The notes: generated by a model from the letters alone, not told the origin. A DNA stretch of 64,000 nucleotides from Candidatus Bathyarchaeota archaeon (GCA_963733055.1 CAVTBR010000003.1:480001-544000); one strand, 5' to 3'; counted from the stretch's first letter, positions 1 to 10,489 are shown. A program made the numbers and translations.

Positions 1-1080
1 ATGAGCAACTATCACATGCTAAGTGAAATTCGGGAACAACCGGAAGCTTTCAAGAAGATATTCTCCGATACTAGGCCGCGGATCCAGCAGATCGCCCAGA
101 ACGCTTGGAAACTCAAGCATCCGTCGACATTTTTCCTCACTGGGTGTGGCTCGTCATACTACGCCGCGATGATTCCCGCCTTCTACTACGAGTACCTTCT
201 TGGACTAGACGCCCACGCAGTTCCATCATCTGAGTTTGTATGGTATTCGCCGGGCCCCGCCGCCGTCTCCTCCTCGATTCTAATCTCCCTATCGCGATCC
301 GGCAAAACTTCGGAATCTGTGGAAGCGATAAGAAAGGCGGTGAAGGCCAAGATTCCTACGATCGCAGTCACATCTGATCCCACTAGTACAATGAGTAAAG
401 AATGCGAATTCAGCCTGGACACGGGAGTGTCAAACGAGGAGAGCACCATAATGACTAAAACATTCACAGGAGGCGCGCTAAGTTCCACCCTCCTAGGCAT
501 TGAGTTCGCGAAACTCCACGCAACAACTCCTGATCTCACTCGCTTTGAAAATGAATTGGCTACTTTACCCGATGACGCTAGGGACGTCATTTCCACCGTG
601 GAAGATCATGTGAAAAAGAGCGCTGAATCAGCCACTGCCTCTCGTTTCATTTACCTCGGCTCAGGAGCCAACTACGCAGCCTGCCTCGAAGGAGCCTTGA
701 AACTTCGTGAGACATCGTATGTTGCATCAGAAACCTACCACACGATGGAATTCAGGCATGGCCCGTTCGCAGAACTCGAAAAGGGAATACAGGTGCTCTC
801 GGTGGTTCCCAAGGGCAGGAACATCTCTGAACAACTCAAGATACTCAAAGAGATCGAAGCCACGGGCGCCACTGTTGTCCCAATCTCAAACGAACCTGAG
901 GTTGTGAAAGACTTCAAGGCTGCGATTAAGATGCCCGACTCCATCGGATCAACATTTTCAGCTTTACTTTACATGATCCCCATGCAACTCTTCGCCTACT
1001 ACTACTCCGTGAAGAATGGTAGGAATCCCGATCAGCCACGAAACCTCACGAAATTTGTGACGACTGAGATTGGACAGTAG
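1..1080 (+). CDS. SIS-domain sugar-phosphate isomerase/deaminase (GlmS C-terminal/GlmD/FrlB-like, no glutaminase domain)
   Basis: EIREQP start, GCGSS, SRSGKT, LEGALKLRE, EFRHGP and NPDQPRNLTK motifs of the double-SIS fold. Confidence 0.9.
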   Translation: MSNYHMLSEIREQPEAFKKIFSDTRPRIQQIAQNAWKLKHPSTFFLTGCGSSYYAAMIPAFYYEYLLGLDAHAVPSSEFVWYSPGPAAVSSSILISLSRSGKTSESVEAIRKAVKAKIPTIAVTSDPTSTMSKECEFSLDTGVSNEESTIMTKTFTGGALSSTLLGIEFAKLHATTPDLTRFENELATLPDDARDVISTVEDHVKKSAESATASRFIYLGSGANYAACLEGALKLRETSYVASETYHTMEFRHGPFAELEKGIQVLSVVPKGRNISEQLKILKEIEATGATVVPISNEPEVVKDFKAAIKMPDSIGSTFSALLYMIPMQLFAYYYSVKNGRNPDQPRNLTKFVTTEIGQ

Positions 1081-1108
1081 AGCATTCCTGGCGCATGGGA
1101 AGTTTGGA

Positions 1109-1540
1109 TCATTCGCCCATGATCTGAACAGCTAAATCTCTGGCTTGAGGCCCATCCATTTCAACCAGGTACACGTGTTGCCTGGCGCCTAAAATGACCT
1201 GCCCCTCTTGGAGGGGAATCGTTACGCTTGCACCTAGAAGGCTTGCTCTGATGTGTGAGTAGGCGTTCACAGCCATCCTCCCATCTTTCCTGAACAGTTT
1301 GTGATGAGCATACGAATCATCTTCGGGTACCGCTTTCACCATAAACCTTGCAATATCCTTCTCCAGCTTCGGGTCGTCTTCGTTGATTGTGATCGCAGTG
1401 GTCGTGTGCAGCGTGAAGACATTGATGATTCCGTTTCGTACCTGGCTCATCTCCACCGCTCTTCGGATCTGATCAGTGATGCGGATCAGTTCGGTGGCCT
1501 GCTTTGATTTCACGAATATTCTCTCTACAACCGACCTCAA
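1109..1540 (-). CDS. yjbQ: YjbQ/UPF0047 family protein
   Basis: HTTTAITINE, Y-x-H, NAYSHIRASLLG and E-x-DGP motifs. Confidence 0.9.
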   Translation of the reverse strand: MRSVVERIFVKSKQATELIRITDQIRRAVEMSQVRNGIINVFTLHTTTAITINEDDPKLEKDIARFMVKAVPEDDSYAHHKLFRKDGRMAVNAYSHIRASLLGASVTIPLQEGQVILGARQHVYLVEMDGPQARDLAVQIMGE

Positions 1541-1554
1541 CTATACCCTGCCTC

Positions 1555-2400
1555 CTACACTTCTCCTAGGAATCTTTGCGCATTTTCTCCCAGAATAGCC
1601 TGCATCACATCGTCTCGCACCGGAAGGGTGGAGATTGCGTTGAACATTTTATTCATCTCGATTCGCGGATAATCGGAACCAAACATCAACTTGTCCCCCA
1701 ATGAGTTCTCTATCACGCGAGTGGATATGATGGAAGCAATTTGCCGCATATGTTCGACAGGTGTACCCGCATATGTCCCAGCAGTGTCAAGATACACGTT
1801 CGGGTTGCGAATAGCGACGGCCACGGCGTCCCAAAGCCACGGCCAACCCATGTGAGCTAAACAGATCTTAAGCTTCGGGTGTTTTCTTGCGATATCATCG
1901 AATATCAGCGGTTGATTTTGCTGTATCGAAAATCTGTTCGAAAATGTCATGCCGGTATGGATCGTGATCGGCATCTCAAGACTTTCCGCTTCCTTGTAAA
2001 CCTCTAATGCTGCCGGCCCTGAGGGGTCAAATTCTTGCAACGCTGGATTCAACTTCAAGCCGCGCAACCCCAACTGGTCTTTAGCTCGCTTCATCTCAAT
2101 AAGCGCACTCTGCTTCGAATCAGGGTCAACGCTTGCAAAACCAACGAATCGCCTTTTGTTTTGATTGACGATATTCGAAACTTCGTCGTTGGATGGCATC
2201 TTGGAGCCGTGAATCTTCTGGCAGTCGAGCGCGAATAGTACGGAGCGGTCGATTTTGCAGACATCCATTTCATCCAGTAAGGTAGATAATGGCTGGGGAG
2301 CAGTTCGTAAGTCGAATAGTTCCCTAGCGTCTTGCAATAGTTCCGGCCGACGGTCGGTGAGCTCCTTGACGAGCAGTGGGTGAACGTGAACATCTATCAG
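1555..2400 (-). CDS. Amidohydrolase_2 family metal-dependent hydrolase
   Basis: Frame stays open upstream of the track's TTG (2337) and encodes the metal-binding IDVHVH motif. CTG at 2400 follows a GAGGT RBS. GLKLNP, IHTG, LAHMG and FGSDYP motifs. Confidence 0.85.
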   Translation of the reverse strand: MIDVHVHPLLVKELTDRRPELLQDARELFDLRTAPQPLSTLLDEMDVCKIDRSVLFALDCQKIHGSKMPSNDEVSNIVNQNKRRFVGFASVDPDSKQSALIEMKRAKDQLGLRGLKLNPALQEFDPSGPAALEVYKEAESLEMPITIHTGMTFSNRFSIQQNQPLIFDDIARKHPKLKICLAHMGWPWLWDAVAVAIRNPNVYLDTAGTYAGTPVEHMRQIASIISTRVIENSLGDKLMFGSDYPRIEMNKMFNAISTLPVRDDVMQAILGENAQRFLGEV

Positions 2401-2456
2401 GATGAAATACCTCGGCTGAAGCTTCCGAAGCGGTTACGGTATTAACATTTCCATAG

Positions 2457-3405
2457 TTAATCGCGATAATATTTTTGTGAGATTGTCTCCGCCGTCTTCG
2501 CTCCGGGTATTGCTGTCATGCATCCGTACTTGGTAGTGCTGATTGCCGCTACAACGTTTGCGAAGCATGCGGTCTTTTCAACGCTCCATTTCTGGAGGGA
2601 GCCGAGGATGAATGCGGCATCGTAGGCATCTCCTGCGCCGATCGTTGAAACTACTTTCACCTGGTAAGCTCTGATTCTCCTGATGCGGTCTCCGTATCCC
2701 ACCGTACAGCCTCTGCGACCTAATTTGACCGCCACGATTCGTGGGCCATTTCTTAGAAGACTTTCAATCGCATCTTGTACGCGGTTTTTTCGGGAAATTC
2801 GTCTAGCTTCTTCTTCGTCTAGAAGCAAAACGTCAAGATGCTCGAAGGATCCCTTGAAACGGTCGACTCCAGTCCCCAGTGGCACTCATTTGAGGATCAG
2901 CGGACACCAAGAGCCCTTCCTTCTTTGCCATGTTGAATAGAGAGATCGCACCCTTGCCCCATAGGTTTGGGTAAAGTAGGTATCCCGCAAAATGGAATGC
3001 GCTGCCATTCGTAAGATCCCTTTTGCTGAACTCGTCTGGCCGCAGGGGCAGAATGTTTGAAACCACTGACGACTTGTTGCCGTCGTTATACACGATCACG
3101 GTCGATATCTCAGTCTCCGCGTCCCTACGGATGATTAATTCCTTAGTGGATACACCGCAACGATCGAGTCCGTCCAACACAAGTCGCCCCACGTTGTCGT
3201 TGCCAATTTTCCCCATGATGGAAGCGCGCCCTCCAAGTTTAGCAAAACATTGCGCAACGTATCCGGCGCTTCCCGCAGGGACAGCACAAGCCGCCTTCGC
3301 GGTTCCTAGGATAGACCAGCGTCTAGGAACTTGATCGACTCCCGCAAGTATGATGTCGAGAGCCACTTCGCCGAAAGTAATTAGGCCAGAAGTCGCCATA
3401 ACCAC
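2457..3405 (-). pseudogene. PfkB carbohydrate kinase split by a +1 frameshift near 2850-2862 (real or sequencing error)
   Basis: N-half (GSAG, GKIGNDNVG) is in ORF 2833-3405. C-half (VKLGRRG, STIGAGDAYDAAF) is in ORF 2457-2885. Removing one base joins them. Confidence 0.8.
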
Positions 3406-4506
3406 CTACTCTCGTGTCGTTACCTTCCGGATTACGTTGAAATGATCCGGGTTCAGTCCTTTTCTAACCGCAGCATGGTACGCGAGAAGCTCAAGTAAGG
3501 TTACACTAGGGAATATCGCTAGGACTTCATCCGTTTCCCCGTAGCTGATTGAGTTCATGTTTCTAACCTCACGTGGCGTGATCATGAGGACGTTGGCATG
3601 GAGGCGCTTCGTACGGAGTGCAAGGCGGTATTGAAGCTTTGATGTTCGCCCTCCGCCGAGGACGACTACGGTGATTTTCTTGGAAATTGCTTCAATTGGT
3701 CCGTGAGCAAACTCGCCTGACGACATGCCTTCAGCAGGGAACTTTGCCACCTCTTTCAAGAGAAGGGCACCTTGAAGTGCTCCAGGTAAACAAGGGCCAC
3801 GCCCGAGAATCACAGCCGCCTCACAACTGAGCAGCATGCTCGCCTGACGTTTTGCATTCTGACTCCAAGACTCCATGCTGTCATCCATGGCCCGAGTCAT
3901 TTGTAGTAACTTTTCAACAAGGGCATCCCGCTTTCTCTCGCTGTTTTGCCTGGTCTGTGCGGCGACTGAGGAGATGAGGCAATAGAGAATTGCCAAAGTT
4001 GATGCGAACGTTTTGGTAGAGCTTGCTCTTTCCTCTCCAGCATGGGTTACGAGAACTCGGTCGCTCAGTCTCGCTAGAGTGCTTCTGGGCTCGTTAGTTA
4101 CCGCAATGACAAAGTTTCCCTTCTTGTTTAGGATTTGAATCGCTTTAACCGTCTCTATGCTCTCGCCTGATTGTGATAATGCGACGGTAATTTCGTTTGT
4201 TGGAATTGTTGAGGGGTAGTGGATGAATTCGGAGGCGAGATGGTTCACCGGCGCGCTGTGAATTAGCTCTGTGAGCAGGTAGTTGGCGTATACAGAAGCG
4301 AAGTATGATGAACCCATTCCTATGAAATGGATTCGCTTTTTCCTCAGGAGACGTGCTACTCGATCAATCTCATTGCGCTCGGCTCCTATTGTGTTGCGTA
4401 TTGCAGCAGGTTGCTCGAGTATCTCTCGGAGAAGTGTGTGTTTGCTGCTGAACACCAATTGTTTGTCCTCGTAATCTTTCCAGGGCTGTCCACACAGTGG
4501 ACTCAT
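3406..4506 (-). CDS. SIS-domain sugar-phosphate isomerase/deaminase (paralog 2)
   Basis: EILEQP, GMGSS, SQSGES, STKT, GALLLKE and EFAHGP motifs; true start may lie about 20 codons further in. Confidence 0.88.
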   Translation of the reverse strand: MSPLCGQPWKDYEDKQLVFSSKHTLLREILEQPAAIRNTIGAERNEIDRVARLLRKKRIHFIGMGSSYFASVYANYLLTELIHSAPVNHLASEFIHYPSTIPTNEITVALSQSGESIETVKAIQILNKKGNFVIAVTNEPRSTLARLSDRVLVTHAGEERASSTKTFASTLAILYCLISSVAAQTRQNSERKRDALVEKLLQMTRAMDDSMESWSQNAKRQASMLLSCEAAVILGRGPCLPGALQGALLLKEVAKFPAEGMSSGEFAHGPIEAISKKITVVVLGGGRTSKLQYRLALRTKRLHANVLMITPREVRNMNSISYGETDEVLAIFPSVTLLELLAYHAAVRKGLNPDHFNVIRKVTTRE

Positions 4507-4549
4507 TCTTTATAGAACCCTTTGGAAGTGCTATTGGGTCTTCTTCGAT

Positions 4550-5650
4550 ATGAAAAGATCACATCTTGAGGATCTTCGTCAAAGATTGCTTGCGAAGTTA
4601 ACGCATCCAGAGGTCGATTTGGATGTTGTTACGATGCCCGACTTCTTCTTGGACCATTCATCGACCTGCAACTTCGATACACAACGCCTTACGAAGAGCA
4701 TCTTGGCGGTTGCAGCGAGGGGGGGTGGAGAAATCTCTAATGTTCCCCAAACGTTGGAAGTTGGAGGTAACGCGGCAATATGCACGCTTGCACTCGCAAA
4801 TTTAGGCTCCAAGGTTCATCCGATGATGAAGACGGATGCTCTTGGATTACAGCTAATTCGATACTTCTACGATACGCCCAAGATAGATCTTACCAGAATC
4901 AAACTAACTGGATCACTCTCACCTACGATTATTCTCGAACTTCGAAATCGGAACAGTTCAACCAACATCATGCTGGCTGATGCCTCAAACATCACGCCGT
5001 TTGGTTTTGGGGACCTCGATTCAGATGATCTCGCCATAGTCACTAGGGCTCGTTATGTATGTGTTTTCAATTGGCTTTACAACAAGAAAGGAACGGAGCT
5101 AGCCGAGAAGGTTTTCGAATACTGCCGCGCGAATTCGAGCGCACGTACTTTCTTTGATTCTTCGGACCCTCGGCCTAGGATAAAGGAACTCTCTGACCTG
5201 AATAGGAAGGTCTTGCGGAATGGGTTGATAGATATCTGGGGGTTAAACGAGAATGAGGCTTTGGTCTTCGCGAGATTGTATGATCGCAAATTAAAGCGAC
5301 GGTCGGATAATACTCCTTTGGCCGCCGGAAAAACGCTTAGTGCTAATACCGGAGCGAAAATCTACTTGCACACAACTGATTATTCAGCTTCAATTACAGG
5401 GGATGAGGTTACTCTCGTTCCTGCTTTTGGCATCGTGCCGAGACGAGGAACGGGCGCTGGGGATTCTTGGAATGCAGGAATAATGATAGCAGATGCTTTA
5501 GGTTTGACCGGGGAAGAGGGGTTACTCTTCGCGAACGCGGTGGCTGGACGCTATGCCACCCACACCAAACGCGTTTACTCAACCCTGCCAGACATAGTGA
5601 ACTTTCTAAGAGACCCTACTCTCAAACTGAAGCAAGTCAGAGATATGTAG
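4550..5650 (+). CDS. PfkB/ribokinase-family carbohydrate kinase
   Basis: GGNAA, NENE and GTGAGDSWNAG motifs. Confidence 0.85.
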   Translation: MKRSHLEDLRQRLLAKLTHPEVDLDVVTMPDFFLDHSSTCNFDTQRLTKSILAVAARGGGEISNVPQTLEVGGNAAICTLALANLGSKVHPMMKTDALGLQLIRYFYDTPKIDLTRIKLTGSLSPTIILELRNRNSSTNIMLADASNITPFGFGDLDSDDLAIVTRARYVCVFNWLYNKKGTELAEKVFEYCRANSSARTFFDSSDPRPRIKELSDLNRKVLRNGLIDIWGLNENEALVFARLYDRKLKRRSDNTPLAAGKTLSANTGAKIYLHTTDYSASITGDEVTLVPAFGIVPRRGTGAGDSWNAGIMIADALGLTGEEGLLFANAVAGRYATHTKRVYSTLPDIVNFLRDPTLKLKQVRDM

Positions 5651-5665
5651 GAAACTCATGAAACA

Positions 5666-6355
5666 CTAGAGACTCCCAACTAGTTGCAAAATCTCCGAGA
5701 GCTTGTCAACCTCGTGCCGGGCCTTAGATTCACTGGCTTTCTCTGATCGCGAATCTCCCCTGCGAAGACGCACCGGGATGAGATGGGCATCGTCCGCAAC
5801 TGCCATCTCTGTCTTGGGGTTAGTGCCGACGAAGATGGTCTCTGAACTGGGGACCCCGAGCAATTTAACGGCTCTCTCGATGACTTCTTTACTGAACGTA
5901 TCCAATCCCAGATCCTCTGAGATTACGACGGCGTGGAAGCAGTACTGTAGCCCCAAGCTGACGAGTTTCTGCCATTGCTTCACCGATTTGCCGCCGGCGG
6001 TACATCCAACTTTGACTCCCAGGTCCCTAAGTCGAAGGATTGTGGGCATGGTATCTGGGTATGGCTTAAGGTAAACCGGGTTAGTTTCACGGTAAGCCAC
6101 AACTCCGGCAGCGACGACGCTCGGATTCCACTTCAGGCCAAGTTTCTCCATTAGACTATCGAAGTGCTTGGTGTTATCGGGCCCAAGCTCTTTCACGATT
6201 TCCTCAAGCGTCCGATATCCAGTCTCCACGTCAACGGGGAGCCCCGCTTGTATCATGGCTCTGACAGCGCTTAACCGAGCATTAGTTGTCTGAAACGTCG
6301 CGTCGTAGAGAACATCGTCGATTCCAAATACAACCGCTTTCACTTTTGCCATCAT
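5666..6355 (-). CDS. HAD-superfamily hydrolase-like protein (archaeal TIGR02253-like) with degenerate catalytic motifs
   Basis: HAD fold pattern, but motif I is VFGIDDVLYD (nucleophile Asp replaced by Gly) and motif IV is FVGTNPKTE. Confidence 0.8.
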   Translation of the reverse strand: MMAKVKAVVFGIDDVLYDATFQTTNARLSAVRAMIQAGLPVDVETGYRTLEEIVKELGPDNTKHFDSLMEKLGLKWNPSVVAAGVVAYRETNPVYLKPYPDTMPTILRLRDLGVKVGCTAGGKSVKQWQKLVSLGLQYCFHAVVISEDLGLDTFSKEVIERAVKLLGVPSSETIFVGTNPKTEMAVADDAHLIPVRLRRGDSRSEKASESKARHEVDKLSEILQLVGSL

Positions 6356-7413
6356 TTCACGACCTTTGTTAGCTTGACCGGACTATCCGGGTTAAGTCCT
6401 CTTTCCAAAGCCGAGTAGAACGCGTACAGTTGTAATGGAATAACGTAGACCAGAGGAGAAAAAACCTCCTCGATATCTGGAGCGACGTAAATCGTGTCAA
6501 AGCCCTCTGCTTTAATGTCTTCGGACTTACGTTTTATCACTACCGTTGGAGCACCGAATTTGAGGAAGCTCTTTGCAAGCTGAGCTACTTGGTCACTTTC
6601 ATCGGGACGTTGGAGTAAGAAGACTGGCGTCCGAGAATCTACCAACTGCATAGGCCCGTGAAGAAACTCTCGAGTCGCAAACCCCTCCGCGTAGAGGTTA
6701 CAGCATTCTTTCAGCTTGAGAGCACCCTCCAGAGCAGTAGGATAATTCGGGCCACTTCCCAGCATGAAATGCAATTGCTTGTCAGCGAACTTTGACGCAA
6801 GGAATCTAGCTTGATCCTCGCTAAGCCTTAAGGTAAGTTGCATCTCATCCGCCGCTTTCCGCAAACCTCGCTCTAAGAGTTCAATGTTCTCGGGATGAGG
6901 GAGGATACGACGAACTAACTCCAGGACGAGGGCGTAAGCCGCAGCCAAAGTAGCTGTGTAACTCTTGGTCGCAGCCAACGCCTTCTCCTCGCCAGCCCTC
7001 CCAAACAATTGGAATTCGGTTTGTTTAGCCAAGCTACTTTGAGCTGCATTGGTTATGCCAATGGTTCGCATACCGGCGCTAGCCGCCGATCTAACCGCGG
7101 CCAATGCGTCAACGCTCTCTCCGGATTGCGAGAGGGCGACCACGACAGTACTTGTTTGTAGGTCTTGCTTGACCCAAGATGCGAACTCAGAAGCAGGCAG
7201 GGTGGTTGAGGAAACCCTTGCCAGTGCAGATAACGCGTAGTTTGCAGCCAAGCAGGCATGATAACTGGTTCCACTCCCGGTGAAATAAACCATGGTAATC
7301 TTGGGCGCATCCAATTCTTGCAAGACGCTTCGAGCTTGTGCGAATTCTTCCCGCAGCGTGTCGCCTACGGCTTTAGGTTGCTCGTGAATCTCCCTCAACA
7401 TGTTATGCTGCAA
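6352..7413 (-). CDS. SIS-domain sugar-phosphate isomerase/deaminase (paralog 3)
   Basis: EIHEQP, GSGTS, SQSGES, ATKSYT, LEGALKLKE, EFLHGP and NPDSP..LTKVV motifs. Confidence 0.9.
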   Translation of the reverse strand: MQHNMLREIHEQPKAVGDTLREEFAQARSVLQELDAPKITMVYFTGSGTSYHACLAANYALSALARVSSTTLPASEFASWVKQDLQTSTVVVALSQSGESVDALAAVRSAASAGMRTIGITNAAQSSLAKQTEFQLFGRAGEEKALAATKSYTATLAAAYALVLELVRRILPHPENIELLERGLRKAADEMQLTLRLSEDQARFLASKFADKQLHFMLGSGPNYPTALEGALKLKECCNLYAEGFATREFLHGPMQLVDSRTPVFLLQRPDESDQVAQLAKSFLKFGAPTVVIKRKSEDIKAEGFDTIYVAPDIEEVFSPLVYVIPLQLYAFYSALERGLNPDSPVKLTKVVK

Positions 7414-7560
7414 GGAACGGCCTACTGACCCTTCTTACTTCACCCACACCTTACCCGAACCTAGTTATCACCATTTTCGCGTTGAAGATTAATTGGTCAC
7501 TTCCACGACACTTTCACAACAGGGGTTCACTGAGTCGTGTTGGACTTCAGGGTAAAATCA

Positions 7561-8574
7561 TTAAGCTTTCTTCCGTTCTCCGTAAGTAGAGCGTAAGTAG
7601 GGGAGGACTTTCTCCTTGTACATTCTTATGGTCTTGATTTCGTCCGGGCTTGAGCTTTGGATGTAGATATGCTGAAACCCTATTTTGAGAAACTTCTCCA
7701 AGTATTTGATGTGATCTTCCGGATTAGTTGCTATCAGTCTATTCTCGGCAATCTGCTTGTCACCGACCAAGCGCCCCATTGCTTCAACTTCCCTGGTGTC
7801 ATAGATTCTCTGGCTAAACATGACTGGGAATAGGGATCCTCCCCAGTATCGTGACGCTTGAAGTGCTTTTTCGTAGTCTTCGTCGTAAGAGACGGCAATT
7901 TCAATGGCTTTGACGATTTTGCTTGAATCACGGCCTGCGGATTTTGCTCCTTCTTCCAGCGCGGGAAATACTACGTCTCGATAGTGCTCCTCTGGAGCGA
8001 GTAGCGTTAGTAGGCCGTCTGCGTATTTGCCGGCTATTCTTGCCACTGTCTTGCCACTAGCGGCTACGTAGATTGGAGGGGGAGAAGTCGGCTTCGTGTA
8101 TAGGTTCGCCTTGCGCAGCTTGAAGTATTTCCCTTTGAAGTCAACGATCTCTCTGGACCAGAGCGATTTCATTATCTGAATCGCCTCTTCGAATCTTTCC
8201 ACTCTTTCCCTGTACGAAGGCCATGGGCATCCGACTGGCATCTCGTTCAACGCCTCCCCGGTTCCTAATCCAATGAATATTCTCTCAGGATAGAGTGCTC
8301 GCATGGTGGCGAACGCTTGGGCTATGATCGCCGGGTTGTAACGGAGGATAGGACAGGTGACCGCCGTCCCAATCTCGACCCGTTTCGTGCGTTCCGCCGC
8401 GGCGGCCATCCAAACCCAAGCAAAACCAGCTGAAGCGTTATTGTGGGCCCAAGGGTGGAAGTGATCACTCGTCCAAATGGAATCGAAACCCGCCTTATCT
8501 GCTTCAACAGCGAAGTCAAGAAGCAGACCAGGTTGATACTGCTCGTGCTCACATGCGTAACCAATTTTTATCAT
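7561..8574 (-). CDS. F420-dependent LLM-class oxidoreductase, G6PDH (Fgd) family
   Basis: EHEQY, SDHFHPW, GTAVTCP..RY.PA.IAQAFAT and GLGTGEALNE motifs. Confidence 0.88.
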   Translation of the reverse strand: MIKIGYACEHEQYQPGLLLDFAVEADKAGFDSIWTSDHFHPWAHNNASAGFAWVWMAAAAERTKRVEIGTAVTCPILRYNPAIIAQAFATMRALYPERIFIGLGTGEALNEMPVGCPWPSYRERVERFEEAIQIMKSLWSREIVDFKGKYFKLRKANLYTKPTSPPPIYVAASGKTVARIAGKYADGLLTLLAPEEHYRDVVFPALEEGAKSAGRDSSKIVKAIEIAVSYDEDYEKALQASRYWGGSLFPVMFSQRIYDTREVEAMGRLVGDKQIAENRLIATNPEDHIKYLEKFLKIGFQHIYIQSSSPDEIKTIRMYKEKVLPYLRSTYGERKKA

Positions 8575-8687
8575 ACGATTCGATAGCAGTCACGCGAAGT
8601 TTGATAATAAGGTCGACGATTTCAGGGTGTTTTTTGCATTCGTCTCAATCCCTGAATACTTCAATCGAGAGTTACCTCGTTGATTCT

Positions 8688-9668
8688 TCACTTGACTGCC
8701 ATGCGCAGCCATCGATCGTTAGGCGGCAAACCTTCAGAGCCGTAACGGACTAGCTTCGTCGCAATCAGATATGCTCCCTTAACTGGTTCATCTTTGAGGG
8801 TTACGATACGTGCTCTGCGACATGTGTCCTTGATCATGAGGGTAAAGGGGTCGAGAAGGTAGCGGCCCGATTTGAAGCCTCCCCCAACCGTAGCAAGCTG
8901 AAAGGAGCGGTTCGTCATGTTCAGTCGTCTTGCTACTGTGATGGCTAACTCGGCAAGAGATGCTCCTGCCTCAGTCAAGATTCCTCTGCAGACCTTGTCT
9001 TTGCTCGCTGCCTTAGACACCAATGGAGCCAGTCGAGCAATCTCTTCGACGCTCAGTTTATTCGCATAGATAATGTCGAGAATTTCATCGAACCTCTTCA
9101 CTCTCAGTCTACGTTTCAGAAGAGTTGTCAGCCTAGTGGATTGTGTGCGTCCGTCCATCATTCTGAAGGCGATGGTGATCGCTTTCATTCCAATGTCGAA
9201 AGCGCTTCCTTTATCGTCAATCAAATACCCCCATCCTCCCACCCTCACGTATTCTCCAACTTGGTTGATTCCAGCCGCGAAGCATCCTGTGCCGGAGTTT
9301 ACAATTATGCCAGGTCTTCCCTGAGTTGCAGCATACAGAGCGGCTACGGAGTCGTGAATCACTACACTGCCCTCAGCCACATTTGCCCGCCGGACAAAAC
9401 GGCGAGCGATACGGAAGTCCTCAGCAGAGTCAACTGCCGCCAAAGCGACCACTGCGGTGGCGACCTTCAACCTACCGATACCCGCATGCTTCTTTGCTCT
9501 ATCAACAGCGGTCTTGATGGCTTTGCCTGCTGCAAGCTCACCTATGTTATGGTAATTTGAGGAGCCTGCAACTCCCACCCCCAGAACTTTACCAGTCCCC
9601 GTTCCAATCAAAGCAAGCGTTTTGGTTGCTCCGCCGTCAACTCCCACCACGTATGGATCATTGATCAC
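8688..9668 (-). CDS. BadF/BadG-type sugar kinase (N-acetylglucosamine kinase-like)
   Basis: GVDGGATKT, SGTG and GGWGYLIDDKGS motifs. Confidence 0.88.
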   Translation of the reverse strand: MINDPYVVGVDGGATKTLALIGTGTGKVLGVGVAGSSNYHNIGELAAGKAIKTAVDRAKKHAGIGRLKVATAVVALAAVDSAEDFRIARRFVRRANVAEGSVVIHDSVAALYAATQGRPGIIVNSGTGCFAAGINQVGEYVRVGGWGYLIDDKGSAFDIGMKAITIAFRMMDGRTQSTRLTTLLKRRLRVKRFDEILDIIYANKLSVEEIARLAPLVSKAASKDKVCRGILTEAGASLAELAITVARRLNMTNRSFQLATVGGGFKSGRYLLDPFTLMIKDTCRRARIVTLKDEPVKGAYLIATKLVRYGSEGLPPNDRWLRMAVK

Positions 9669-9815
9669 TCGAGCTCACATGCAGCACTCTAGTAGTCGCA
9701 CTGATATAACGCCGAACTCCTTCGTTTCTCAATTACTCGTGGAAATCGCCAGTCGTTCCATGAATAAAATTTCGCACGCTTGACATCTGGAAGAGTGACG
9801 TTTAGGACCTCGCAC

Positions 9816-10313
9816 TCAGCCGCCTATTTCCGCAATTGAGTCACCTTTGGTGACCCACCCTTCCGTTTCCACACTGGCATACCATCCCCTTCGCTTATAC
9901 AAGGCCTTGACGACATCTTTCTCCTTTCCAATGTTTGGAAGCGCGTATAGGTTGCTGCATGGATCACAAGGTTTGCTAATCCTGACCACGGCTTTCCCCA
10001 TTTGGTAACGCTTTCCGGGAACGAATGAAGCGTACGGAATCCCTTGGGTTGTGAAATTCTCACCTATATCTCCCGGTTTAATCGGCCAACCCTCCCCCTG
10101 TAGCTCCTCAATAGTCTCCAAGGGCATGAGCAGAATTGCCATCGCCAAATCATCGTGAGCCTCTTCATGCCTCCAGCGATTAAAGTCGCCATCTAACCCC
10201 GTTCTAGTGATTAGTGCCCGTGGCGTCGGGTATTTGGGAAGACCACGTTGTCCCGCCGTCTCTGGTTTTAGATTTATCTGGAATATCTTGCCGTGTACAC
10301 TCTTTGCGATCAT
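9816..10313 (-). CDS. MOSC domain protein
   Basis: GLDGD, PGDIGENFTT, PCDPC and RRGWYASVETEGWV..GD motifs. Confidence 0.85.
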   Translation of the reverse strand: MIAKSVHGKIFQINLKPETAGQRGLPKYPTPRALITRTGLDGDFNRWRHEEAHDDLAMAILLMPLETIEELQGEGWPIKPGDIGENFTTQGIPYASFVPGKRYQMGKAVVRISKPCDPCSNLYALPNIGKEKDVVKALYKRRGWYASVETEGWVTKGDSIAEIGG

Positions 10314-10489
10314 CTAGATTAGCGCGCTTCCGATTGATAGTGGTTCACTAGCGTGAACCCTAAAATGATTTTTCGTTTGTGCAAGTACATGCAGGGGCTT
10401 CAAGGTCCGTTAGGAAGATCAGAATTTTCAGGGCGCTTATGATTATCCGAGGCCGCAATTAATAACGTATAGACTGAAGGGTTAGCTAA

